DNA of 64,000 nucleotides, from the NCBI GenBank assembly GCA_008632985.1, contig QPGO01000001.1, positions 652,404 to 716,403 of the forward strand, given 5' to 3'. A model generated the notes under the pieces. That model did not search any database. It saw nothing but the letters and a program-made list of their open reading frames with translations, and had not been told where the DNA came from. Below, piece by piece: positions 37,673-50,438 of the stretch. The first letter of the stretch is position 1; each line of letters begins with the position of its first letter. This DNA comes from Psammoneis japonica. Taxonomy: Eukaryota. The position numbers and the translations under genes are program-made.

Positions 37673-39064
37673 CAGTCAATGCTTGTGTGCCGCCAACTCA
37701 GCTGTGCAATGAATGATTCTTGAAAAAGAAATAATGTTGTGTCTGTTTTCTCGATTCTCGATGCGAGCAGAATGGTCCACGTCTGGACGCGACACTAAAA
37801 AGATGATGAAGTCGACCGCCCCCGCGCAGCAGCCGAATGGTCCACGTCTGAACTCTGGACGCGCGACCCTCTCTCGCCCTTCAGTCATTTGGCTCGCGAA
37901 GAATGCAAGACTGATTCGCTTTCAGCCATTTGGCTCATGAAGAATTGCGGCTCATCCGAAGAGCTTTGATTCTGACATTCAACACTGCAAGGTGTCCATG
38001 TCTGTGTTTTGCACAGAAATCCAAGACAAGGGGTCATCACATCGTTGTGGAGAGACAGGCAAAACTGACAATCTGAAATCACGATTTTTGTTGGTCAGTG
38101 TTTGAACACACATCATCCGGTCATTTGCAAAGTTCATTTGTGGAACCACAAACAAATCAAGTCATGGCATTCTGTCAAAGGTCATCATTCATCACAAGTC
38201 AGTCATTGGTCTCATCCTTGCCAGACGACAGACCATCACACAAGAGAAAAAATGAGAGAAAAAATGTCGGAGGTGCGTCATGTTGCTCCCGCTGTCTTTT
38301 CATTGTGCACTTGCCACTCTCCACTGCTCTCTCTTTGTTGCCTGGATGCAGCTCATTCAGGTTTTGCCTCCCCTGCTGGGCCCATCAAAATCAAAAAAAA
38401 ATGCAAAGTTTTTGGGCAAAAAGCTGGCGGCAAGTGCAGGCGAGCTTTTTTTGCACAGTGGCCACGCAGCCACGCTGGCACAGGGGAGCTGCAAAAGTTG
38501 CATTGGGCCAAGGCAGTGTGCAAGCAAAAATGCTGTAAGCTGCTTCTGTTTGCAAGAGAAAGAGAGGAGGGAAAGGCACAAAAAAACCATGCTGTCAAGC
38601 AACAAGAAGAGAGCCACAGGACAAAGCTTTTGCACGGCGAAGGGGCAGAGCAAGCCCCCTGCAACTTGCACCCAAGGGTCTGTTGTGCCAGCCACCACAA
38701 AGCCAAATGCATGAACAGCTCACATTTGTCAAAGGCACAAAAGCACAAGTCAGCTTCAATGCTGTGACAATCTGTGTTGGGTGTTGCAGATTTAGAGTTG
38801 CGCTGGTCATTTAAATTCCCCAAACCCACCCTGCATCATCAACTGTGGTGCTGTTGGGTTGCTGGGGAATGTTCACTCACATGAACAAATCATGCTGCAA
38901 CAAGGTTGCACCATCAGCAGAGGTGGCCAAAAATGGGCTGGTGAGACCTGGCAAAACACTGTCTGAAAAGAGCAACATCAGTGGGAGAGGGGGTGTGCAG
39001 AAACACACACAGAGGCTGAGGGTGAGCAGCTGACATCAACAAGTGACAAAAAGACACAAAGCAA

Positions 39065-39293
39065 TCTTTGGCCAGATTTGTGCATTCTTCAGACATTGAA
39101 GCATGCAACTGACCTGTTTTTGTTCTTGTGATTTTGTCAAATAAAGTGTCTGGGGTTTTGCAAAACAGCAAGTCTGGAACAATTTTTTGAAATGTCACAC
39201 ACGGAAATGTTTGTGCAAAACATGCTGCAGATGATAAAAATTGTTGTGTCACACGTCAGCACTGCCAGCTCCCACCTGGGCCTGGAATGCATC
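39065..39293 (+). mobile_element. Old partial GAC-family MITE (subfamily B-like right half)
   Basis: cattcttcagacattgaag...ctcccacctgggcctggaatgcatc aligns with 26405-26622. Confidence 0.7.
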
Positions 39294-40661
39294 TGCAACA
39301 ATCAGTGGTTGCATTTGAAGTGTTCAGGCAAGCCCTGTGGAAGTCTGAACATTTGCTTTGTTCTGGTGATTTCAGAAACAAAATTGGAGCCAGCAGGAAG
39401 AGGACTGCACCCACTTTGCAAGGAGACATGTGCAAGATGTTCTTGAAGAACTGTGGAGAAAATGATGCAGATTCAAGAGAAGGCAGAGCAGACCAGCCCC
39501 TGTGCAGCATGCATTTTTGTGAAGGGAGTTGACTGGCAAAGAAGACGACTTGCAGTCCCGGCTTGTCTAAAACCAGCTCCAAACACAAATCTCAACAAGA
39601 ACAAAGAAGTTTCCCAGGGGCAACTGATGTGCGGATGGCCCTCAAGCAAGCCACAAGAAATGCGTGCATTGGCAGCATGCAGAAAACTCACTGCTCCAAA
39701 TGCACTGAGCTTGGAAGATGAGTCAGTGTTGTTTGCTGACAAGCTGGCTGCTCTGGATTGGGAATGACTTGCCGCTGCAACATTTGTGCTGCTTCAGCAT
39801 GCAAAAGATCATTGCAGGCAAGGCATTGGTCAGACTGCACGAGTCAGCTGAATGCCTGTCTCTGTCAAGGTTTTTGAAATGACTGGCTCTCAGATCTGTC
39901 AAAAAATGCTTGCAGGACTTTGATGTTCTGCATTCAAATCAGACTTGCAAGCAAGAAGTCACATTTTTCAAAGGTGTCATTGGAGATTGGCTAACACGGA
40001 GATGGAAGAAATCAAATCTGTGGAAACATTCAAGGCTGTTGTCAATGCGGAGGTCAACAAAGAGGAAATTGTGAGCAAATCTGCTTCAACCTCAAGGCAT
40101 GATGAAAAGGATTGCTTTTTTTGCCACCACAGGGTGGCAAGCTTCTGAAATCATTGAGTCAGCAAGAGGAAATCAAGGCAGCCGCTGCTTGCCAGATTCT
40201 TGTCTCAAACAAGCATTGAGTCAGCAAGAGGAAATCAAGGCAGCCACTGCTTGCCAGATTCTTGTCTTAAACAAGCAATTTACATCACAGCACCAAAAAT
40301 CAAACAATGTTCACTGGCAATGTTTGTCATTGACAAATGCACACATTCCACTTGCAGTCTGCCTGAGAATGATCTGTGGTCAGTCACAAACAAGCCACGC
40401 ACATGTCAATTGCCTGATTTGCGGGACACATGTCAAGAAAGTTGCCAAAGGACAAAAGACACAAGAGAAACAAGACAAAACAAGCTGGCAGGAGCCAACA
40501 CATTGCCTGAAGCAGCAGATGCAGCAGGCAATGGTGCCAGATTTTGTGACATTGCCGATGGTGTCATGGAAGGCAAGTCATTCTTTTGAGCACCGGCATG
40601 CTTGACATGGATGTGGGCAAGGTCGATGGCATTGTGGACGGCATTGTGGATGGCATTGATG

Positions 40662-42720
40662 TCAGCTTTGTGCTGTTTCTGATGGTCTGACAGGACAGAA
40701 CCCTGAGGTTGCCACATGCAAGTCCATCGTGATGGCAAACAACAGGATGGCCATTGTCATCCAGAGCCATGGCCACATGTTTGCTGGCTTTAAAAAGATC
40801 ACTTGTGTTGACAGTTGTGTCTTTTTTTCACCTTGGCAGCTGCCATCTCTGCACAGCAACAGCTTGAGAACCCCACCAGGAAATGATTGGCAGTGTCTGA
40901 CAACAGGATTGCCATTGGCATTCAGAGCAAAAGACTGGTGCAGTGCAAGAATGCTTGTCCCATTGCCTGCCACAGCTGCAATGGTGTTCCCACTCTGGCA
41001 GTTGACATTGCCGCAATGCAGCACCTTGACAGTGAACATGTCAGTGCAACTTAAAACAGGACAGCCAATGGTGTCCAAGGCGATTGAAAGGCCCCTGCTG
41101 GCTGCAACATTGTCCACTGCCTCAATGGAATTCCCCATCTGGCAATTTGCATCACCGCAATGCAAAATTTTGAGACCAGTGTCTGTGCAGCAGCCCACAA
41201 CAGGAAAGCCATTGGAATCAAGTTTGAGGGATGTGCCACATGACACATTTTTGTCAACTGCTGCACTGTTCTTATTTTGGCAATTTGCATCACTGCAATG
41301 AAGGACCTTGAGAGTTGAGTTGCTTCCATTGCCATGGCTCAACACTGGAAAGCCAGATGAGTCCAATGCAAGTGATGTGCCAAAACCAACATTGATTGTC
41401 TCAATGGTGTCATTGCTTTGGCAGTTTGCATCCCCACAGTGCACAAGCCTGACAGTTCCACCATCATGACAGCTCACGACTGGAAAGCCTTGTTCATCCA
41501 GTGCAATGGAGGTGTCCTTCCAGGCACTTGCTGGGGGGATGCATCAAGTCATCTTGCAATGGTGCAGCCAGAGTCTTGGCAGTGCAAATCCACACAGTGC
41601 AATGCCGCCATGAGCCTGCTTCTGACATTTGGTTCACTTGCATGGCAGATTGCTGTGGGGAATCCATTTGCATCCAAAGCAAGAACCAATGCACCACTTC
41701 CAGAAATGGCACGGTTGACATTGCCAGCATCACAAATGGTTGCAATCATTGCAAGTGCATCCAAGAAGAATGGATTTTGTTGAACAACAGGACATTCAGG
41801 GAGCTCACACTGGGAAACACATGACAGACAGGTCAGAAACTGGTCTCCACAGTTGCTGCAAGAAGGACAGGATGTGAGGCCCTCACAAGTTTTGTCATCA
41901 AAATCAGTGCAAGCCAAAATGTCAGTGTTCCAAAAGGTGGCAACACAATCCTCACATTCTGTTTCATCATTTTCAGGGCCACCCAGACAAGCACAGAAGA
42001 CTTCTTGTTCTTTTTGGTTCTTGTTGTTGGCGCAGGAGTTGGATGGCCTGGTCCAAATGAGCATCCATCCGATTGCAGCATTTCAGCACAAATGCCTTGA
42101 ATGTCATTGTTGGCACATGGTTCACCAGTGTTGCAGTTGGAGAAACAAATCGGGCCATCTCCAGCACCAGGTTGCAGGGTGGTTGGAGGGAAGCATCAAG
42201 CTGTGCCGGATCGACTGTTGTCTTTGGCATCAGGCCAAAGGAGCACCAATGTGATTCCCATTCCCACAATGCTGCCACTTTCCACAGTGCAAGAAAAGAC
42301 ATCTTTGGGTGCCTCTGTGGTCACAACCAGGGCCAGACCTGTTGTCAAGTCAATGAGGCCATTCCTGGCAACGCAGTCCACTGAGAGCCCAGCTGCTCTG
42401 TTGCACTGCAAAGTGCTGCCACCTGTCAAAGAGCAACTTGTTGCATCACTTGATTTGAGCAGGATGAGATTGGCACCGCAAGAAATGGTGGCAACCGCAG
42501 GATCAGGTGCTGCACTGTTGGTGGTGTCACTGGCAATTGCACCAAGACTGATGTGGTGTTGTTGCCAAGGAAACTCCTGTTCATTGCTTTGAATGTTTTG
42601 CATGCTCATCAGGTCATGCTTTCTTGTGACTTGCTCAAGAGCACCCACTGCAAAGGTCAACTTTTGTGCAGGTGCAGCAGGAAGGGACAAAGATGTCAGA
42701 GCCAGAAGAAGAACCTTCAT
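40662..42720 (-). pseudogene. Decayed secreted-protein gene: signal peptide, Cys-rich domain and ~6-7 'LALDxxGxPVxS...LKxLHCxDxNC' repeats
   Basis: MKVLLLALTSLSLPAAPAQ starts at 42720. The repeats are visible in ORFs 40662-41477 and 41549-42064. Frameshifted and Tyr-free. Confidence 0.7.
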
Positions 42721-45700
42721 GGTTGAAGTGTTGCAAGGAGTGAAGTTGATGGTGATCTCCAGATCACAATGTTGCAGCTCATCATTGGCACGCGGCATGG
42801 GGCATCTGGGATTTTGGGTTCTGATTTCATCAACAGCAGTTTTTGGATGAAACAGTGCAGCGTCACATGACATGATGTGACAATGTTGGCAGGCCTGCAG
42901 TTTTGCACAACCTGTTGCCGGTGTCCAGTCAGCTGAGTGAGCACTCTTCTTGTGACCTTCATCAGCTTTCAGGGTTTTGGCTGGCACCACAGCCCATCAA
43001 AAAAATGCAATCTGAGCTGTCTTTGCCAAAAAAGTGGCCAATTGTGCACCACAAAACAAGGTGCAAAGCCAGTTTGGAATGGATGCCATTTGTTCTTTTC
43101 CATGGATGAACCAAGCCTGACACAAGTGCTGGAATGATGTTTGTTCATGCTTGAGATGGAAAAGTGTGTGCCAATCAGTGCAACGTGGGCCAACTTGGCA
43201 CTGCCAACAACTTTTTTCGAAGCAACAATTGTGCACAGCATGTGCCAGCTGCAAAAATTGTTTTTTTCTCCATTGCACATGCAGCTGATGCAGGGCCACT
43301 TTGCGACACAGATCAAAGACAGATGGATGGATCAACAGGCAGGAGAAAGTGGTCTGCACCTCCCTGCTCTCACAGGGGGGTTCACTCATGAACTGCTTGC
43401 TTTCGCGCCAGCTGAGCTGCCACGGAAGCAGCACTGCATGCTGCAAGCACCCACAATGAGCCACAGGTGTGTTGCTCTTTCTCTTCATCAATGTTTTGTT
43501 GCACGTTGATGAGTGGAGAGCAAGTTTTGCTTGCAGCCCACACACCTTTGCGGCTCTCCAGCTCAGCAGAAGCCTCCTTTTCCAGGTTTCCCACAGAAGC
43601 AAGCTTCCCTTGAGGTCTGGATCCTCATGGCTTGTGCCACAACATCCAGAGAGCTCTGTGGGGAGAGCATCAAAAACAAGAGAAAAGCAGGTGTCAAGCA
43701 ACAGAGAGCAAGAATTGCCCAGCGATTGTGCTGTGCAGATCAGAGACTCTTGCTGACATGAGAAAGGGTGGTCTGTGCCCCTCTCCTTGCTCACACAGAG
43801 GGGTTTTTCACTTTTGGGTGCATCTGCACCAAGAAGTGTTCAAACCTGCCCAGGGTCTGGGGTGTGCTTTGCTTGCATCTGCACACAGGAAGCATGGCTG
43901 GAAACCTGCATTGAGCCTCTTTTGTCCCACAACACTTGCATGCAAGGAGCACAGCGCGACTTACATTTTTGTCACACGAGTGCATGGTGGACACCAAAAT
44001 GTCCATCAAATCATCATTTGAAGACCCAATGACCCAAGATTGACAGCAACAAGAGAAGGTTGTTTTTGGAGAGTGAGATGGACCACAACATCCATGATGA
44101 TGGATGCTGGGTGGTGGCGATGGACTTCCATCAGATCTTCTTCTTTGCTTTTTGTGCAGCACTTGGTGGTCATTGCTCAAAAACATGAAAACAACAGAGC
44201 TCCTCTGACGGCAGTTGACAGATTGAGCTTGCAATCAAGCTGTGAGCCAAAATGGAGAGGGTCTGGAGCTGCACTCTCAAATGTGCTTGCTGGAAATGCC
44301 CAGGCAGCTGAACTCTGAGTGACCCTTGGAATGACTTTCGGGCGCTCTTTTCAACAAGAGCTCTTGACAGAAACCAGAGCCCTCAATTCACAGCAAAGTT
44401 CTTCTTTTGTTCATGTTGCACACCATCTGTGTGACCCACAGATGAATCATTTGGGTCCCAAGAGTCATCACGTAGAAATTGTGCAGGAGAGTGCCAAAAA
44501 AAGTTGTCAGTCTGTCCATCCATCCGTGTGTGAATGTCAACTTCTCAGGAAATCAATTAAAATGCCATCTGGACGACGGCATTTTGATTCACATGGTGAA
44601 GGCCACCACTGTTGATCAGATGGCATTTCAGTGCAGTTCCCAAAAGCCACTGGCTCCAATCACTCTCTTGCATGACATTGTGCACATTTCCACACCATTT
44701 TGTGTTTTTCCTCATGTGAAATGCCAACTGTGACTTGTGCAACATTTTTGAGTGATTCCTGTTTTTGTTGTTGGTGGTGTCTCTCTGCACATGCTGGTGT
44801 GGGGTGAGCACAGCCACTGGCAACAAGTTGAGTGGCAAGCTCTGAAGCTCAGCACTCTTTTTTATGTCATCACAGTGTGACCCAGGCTCCACCCAACACC
44901 TGCCAAGGGAGGAGCTCCAGCTTTTGTTTTGGCACCACTTGCCACCAGGGCTTCATCCCATGTGTGACAGGAAAAGCTTGCCCACAACAAAAGACACAAA
45001 TGACCAAGCCAGTTCTAAATTTCAAGTGTGCTGCCACTCCGTTGCCAGCTGCGCTCGCTGGCCCACACTTCCAGTGCACCAGCCAGCATGGCAAAAGATT
45101 GCAAGGGTTGGCCACAGTTGGCGCCACCTTGTGGTGACATGCCTGAGGCAACTGGAAACAATGAGCTGACCAGCCACAGTGTTTGCTGCTTTCTGCTTGA
45201 CTGGAGCCACATCTGCCACACCACAACAGCAAAGGATGATTGAACTCAGAACTTGGTTCAAGAGCTGCACAAGAAATGAGGCTGAAGCATGGACTCCAAA
45301 CCACAAACTTGCACTCATCAAAAAGAGACCCAACTTCACACCACAAGCACTGCAACAACAGCAGAACAACAGCTGGATGTGCCAGCAAGCAAGGGAGGGG
45401 GTTGTCTGGAGCTGGGAGGCAAAAGAGACCACAGCACACAATCTTGTGACAAGTCAGTCATTGGAAGAAACATTTTCTCATGCAGAAACAACACCAGAGC
45501 TCTTGCAGAAATGTCAGTGCACACAGCAGGTGGACTTGCTTTCACACTTGCATGCGCCACAATGGATGCAGGACTTTTGCCATGCAGAGTGAAGCCCTTG
45601 ACAGGCCAGCGGGGAGAGAAAAGATTTTTTGAGCACAGACGGGCATGGATGAAAGCAGTTCTGAGATTCAACTGCACCACAGTTGGTGGACATTTCAGAA

Positions 45701-48056
45701 GCATGAACATTTGTGCTGAAGCTTGCACAGAAACTGTGGAGTTGGCAGAAAATTGCAAAAAAATTGACAGGCTTGCAAGCCACAAGGTGTTGATGCCAGT
45801 TGTCTTCCACAGGAAAATGTTGTTCATCATGCTGCAACATGGGAGCATCATTGGTGGTGGCCAAAATTGGCTGGTGAGACCCAGCAAAACACCATCTGAG
45901 AAGAGCAACATCAGTGAGAGAGGGTGCACAGAAATGCACACAGAGGCTGAGGGTGGCTCGAACACAACAATCAATGTCATTTTGAGTGACAAAGAATTGA
46001 TGCAACTCAGAAATGTCATCTGGAAGAGCTTTGTTCATTGGAGAAAGAAGTGGAAAGAGATTCTCCTTGTTGGTGAGTCACATGTCACAGTGGATTTGAG
46101 CACATTCAAACAATTGTTGCAGGACAAAACACAGTTTCAGACCTGACCAGCACCCAGATGGTCTTTGTACATTTGCTTGATGGGGTCAATGGATTCAGCA
46201 CTGAGGTGAGGGTTTTTCTGGTGGAAGATGTTTTGCATGATTGCAGTGCTCATGTCAACCACTTCCAAACTGGAGGCAGCACCCAAAAGCATTGCATTTG
46301 ATGTGAACATTTTGCCCTCAGGTTTCTTTGTCACTGCGGTTGATTTGCATGTTTGGACAAGTCAAGGTCAGCTCTTGCAACCTTGGCTTCTGTTTTGTTC
46401 CAACAGTGGTCATCTCTGATTGAGGTCTTGTGACACTTGGCAGAGTGGCCAGAGTCATTGGCATGAAGTGTTTGATTTTGATCAGACTTGTGTGTGTTCT
46501 CAAGGTGGGATTGTTCCACCCCCGCTGTCAGCTGTTATCATGAAGCTGTTGGTTGGTGCATGCATCATGGCAGCATTCCAGAGTGATTCTGCCAACATCA
46601 TGTGCATTGCATTCCACCAGGGTCAGCACATCACAGGTGTTTGATGGTTCACAGCCAATGCCACAATTGTTGTTGTCAGGGGAAGGCAAGGATGCATTGT
46701 TGCTGTTGCCATCAACTTTTTGTCTTGAACATCAAAGACATCACAACATGATCCCCACCTTAAAGGGGAAGCAATGCATCATCCTTGCTGTCACAATTGT
46801 TGCCATTGGCATCAGCAATCAAAGATGTCATGGCTGCTGGACAGACAGCACCCCCAGCTCTGAGTGGCAGGGTGGTGGTGGTGGTTTGGCTGCTTTGTGA
46901 GATGGCATGGCACAACATCTGTGGTTTGGAAACAAAATTGGTGGGCAGATGACAAATTTGATGTGGTGTGGTGTGACTTCTTTGCCTGACTTGTGTTGAC
47001 TTGTGTTGAATCTGCCCAGTTGTGCAAAATTGAGTGTGCACAGCTGTCGTGAAAAAGCACATCAACACTGTCCGCATCTGTGCAGCACCATCAACTCACA
47101 AGAATCTCATGAAGACAGAAAAGACTTTTTGACTCATTTGTGCTTGTTGTGTCCACAAATGCACAATTTGTTTCATTGTCAATTTTGTTTTCTGCCAATT
47201 TGTCATTGACAATTGAATGTTTTGTTGTCATTTTAAGTCGCCGTTGTGGCACAATTTATTCTCATTTTAAAATCACCAATGACACAATCATTTGCCACCA
47301 CCTGTTCTTTCCATTTCTCAGCTGTCTGCCTTTGTTTTGCTCTGTGTGTGCTGCTTTTCCTTCATTTTGCGTGAGTGGCTTGAAACTGCACAACTCATCC
47401 TCCAATCTCACATCCACCAATGACAGTGGCACACCCCTGCCACAATCCACTCTGTCCTGGTTGGATGTCTGACAACAACAACAACAACAACAAGCATGCT
47501 CTTTGCAGACATTTTCAAAGGTGTCCCCAGTGTTCTTCTTTTTCTTTCACTGTTTTGGCCTGAACAATGAACCTCCCTCCCCCAACAGCTTCCTTGGCAT
47601 CAATGTGGCCTTGTGCTCTTCAGGATGTCTCAATCATTCTCTTGACTCAAGCGCCAATGGATTTGCACCCCTCTCCCTGCTTGATGGGGATCATTTGTGT
47701 TTGGCTCTCCTTTTTTTGCTTCATCCTGTCACCAATCCAGAATTTCAATTGCTCCCAATGAACAAGGTGACAATTGCTTGTTTGACAATGACGCCATTTC
47801 CCATCACCCAACTGTGACGGATGAAGTCAGCATCAGCTCCATGGCTCAACCACCCATGTTTGCTTCCTCAGCCAACCCATTGGCTCTCATTTGCCTTCAT
47901 CATGAACTTCCTCCATGACAAAGCCACTTCCCCTTTGCCACAGCCAGACCTCCAACACCTCACCACCTGCCTCACTGACAAGCAAACACAAAGCACCCTC
48001 TTCTGCAAATGCTCCATCTCCTCCATTGCTCATCTCCTGTCAGCTGATGCATGCCA

Positions 48057-48446
48057 GATGCACCCCAGGTCCATGTGGGACCTTGCACTGCTGAACTGTG
48101 TCATCAACAGTTTTTTGAATCACATTGTGTGTCGCACCCGCAGATTTCAATGTGATTTTTTTGATGTTTTGTGTCATTTTACGGCACACTTGTTGAGCAA
48201 TCCATCCAACAACTTTTTGCATTTTTTGTCACAGTGCAATTCCACAATGTCTTAAGAATTGTGCAGGGCAGGTGCATTTGCAAACACGTTGAGTGGCAAG
48301 AGGCACAATTGCACCACAAACTTGGCAGTTTGTTTGATGTTGAAGATGAACACATCCGTCAATTAAAAATCTGTGCTGCGGAGCTTGCATGAAGAATTCT
48401 GCGGGCCCAACTTCACACGGAGTCCCACCCAGGGCTGGAACGCATC
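48057..48446 (-). mobile_element. GAC-family MITE, subfamily A, old
   Basis: 390 bp; TSD GCCA; colinear with the reverse complement of 33054-33443. Confidence 0.9.
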
Positions 48447-49251
48447 GCCACAACCTCGTGCAATTCAACAACCTCTCGCCCCCTTTCCAGCAGGCCTCCC
48501 CTTTCATTGACAAAATCGTGGATCACTCCCTGCATTTCCTTGCTCACCTTGCTCAACACACCAGCCCACCCCTGGTTTTGCACCACCAAATGCCCCATCC
48601 ACCCACCAATTTTTGGCCATTGACGTCACTGTGCTGCCAGCTCCCCTGCCTCCTGCACCTGGTTTGCCCATTCTTGAAAACCCATTAAACAAGGCTCACC
48701 TCAGCAGCACACGGGACAAGCTTCTTGGTCATTCTGCACCATCTGCTCATGGCTCTGACATCATTGATGCTGTCAATCAAGCTGGGCCATTCCTCCTCCC
48801 TTTCACATTCAACCACCTTGGTGGAATCGGGTGTCATTTCCACATCTTCTTCTTTGGCACCCCCACCACAACATCCTTCTCCATCCCACCCCTTCCTCCC
48901 AAACCACCCTGGACAAGCCCATCCTCCCTTTCCAACTCTCAAGCACCCTTCTCCACTTTCACCAACTTGCTGCTTGCTCCTTCCAACCTTCTCACCCACT
49001 CCAATGTGGCCTCAAACCAACTCTCAATGGACCGCTTTGGCTCCTCTTACGGTCTCACACTGCAACCCCTCAACTCTGGGCCTCTCAAATCCTCTGCCTC
49101 AACTTTGGCTTTGCTCTCTCCAACCATCTCTCCACACGCCAAGCTCTTCTTCTTTGCCATCCTGCTGTTGACAACAATGCAACTCCTCTTCTTGACCGTC
49201 TGTCCGCACTTTGGGCCCAACCTTTTCTCCCCATGCCATTGGAACTTGTTC

Positions 49252-49494
49252 ACAAACTTGGATGTCGCCACTTGCAGCGAGAATCACAGTGGCAGTCTGT
49301 CTGTGTGATGGTTTCTACATGCATTTTACACTGTCATCCGTCCCTGCCACCTCCCGTCCAAGACAATTGGAGTCGGGTTGGTTGGCATGGGCGGGAGGTG
49401 GCAGGGACAGATGAAAGCACAAAACATGCATTGAAGTCATCGTGCAGACAGACCGCCACTGCAAATTTCCTTGCATGTGGTGACACCCAGACTG
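49252..49494. repeat. Imperfect foldback (~110-bp arms), MITE-like
   Basis: gtccctgccacctccc versus gggaggtggcagggac, with complementarity extending to the ends. The termini are related to the TIR at 49518. Confidence 0.75.
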
Positions 49495-49517
49495 TCAATG
49501 CAACATCTCCGGCAATC

Positions 49518-50438
49518 AATTTTGGGTGTCGCCACATGCACCCAGAATCGCAGTGGCTGTCCATCCATGCCACCTCCCACACAAGCCGAGGTTTGCCTGT
49601 TCATGCCAGCCAACAAAAACGAGACGTAGAACAAGCACCAGAATGCACACACATGACTGTTGTTTTTGTTGTTTGCTTTCATTGCAGAGTGCATGATCAA
49701 GACAGGTCCATTGTGTCCAACATTGAAGCAAGCCATTGTCATCATTGATCATTCTTGACATGTCAGAGGCAAGTTTGACGTTCAAGCCAAGAAAAGAGTG
49801 CTGCAAGTCTTGCGGTGTCAACTTGAGGGATTGTGATGTCGTCAAGCTCAAACCGTGCAGGCACAACTTGTGTGAAAGCTGTGTGATCCATCTGTTGGCA
49901 GTTGATCAAATGAAAGTCCATTTGTCATGCTCATGTGGAGCAAGCATTGAAAGCCACATTGTGGAAAAACACGTGTCGACACAGTCGCCCTGTTCGTTGA
50001 CGCGTTGCGACGCTTGAAGGTCTGTTGGAGATGCTTGCTGGCTGTCCTTCCAATGATCCTGATCTGGTTTTATCAAATCAAGCAGAACATCTTCCAGTGT
50101 GACACACGCCTTCATGGATCTCACCCCGGTCAACAAGCAGTGCAGCATTGCGTTGGATGAAAGTGGTGGAAGCGGCGCACCTCGGATGATCGAAGCCACG
50201 CCAACAGTGTTTCCATTGGTTCTCTGCCACTGTTTCCTGTTGGTGCTGGATGAGGTGCAACAAAGGAGGCCGCACTCTGATGGTTGCGCATGGGTCACAG
50301 AGGTGTCGTTGTCTCCGAACGAGCCGCCATGGTCAGCACAATTCCAGCGGGGGGTGCCAAAAATGTGATGCTCGGGCGGGAGGTGGTGTGGACGGACGGC
50401 CACTGCGATTCTGGGTGCGTGTGGTGACACCCAATTTT
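49518..50438. mobile_element. Non-autonomous TIR element (~60-bp TIRs, 9-bp TSD; MULE-like) carrying a RING-finger-like fragment
   Basis: TIR 49518-49578 versus 50378-50438; flanks ccggcaatc and caggcaatc; internal CKSC...PCRHNLCESC...CSC. Confidence 0.7.

Noticed and set aside
40152..40275. 62-bp tandem duplication
   Set aside because: Real but an ordinary local duplication in decayed sequence.
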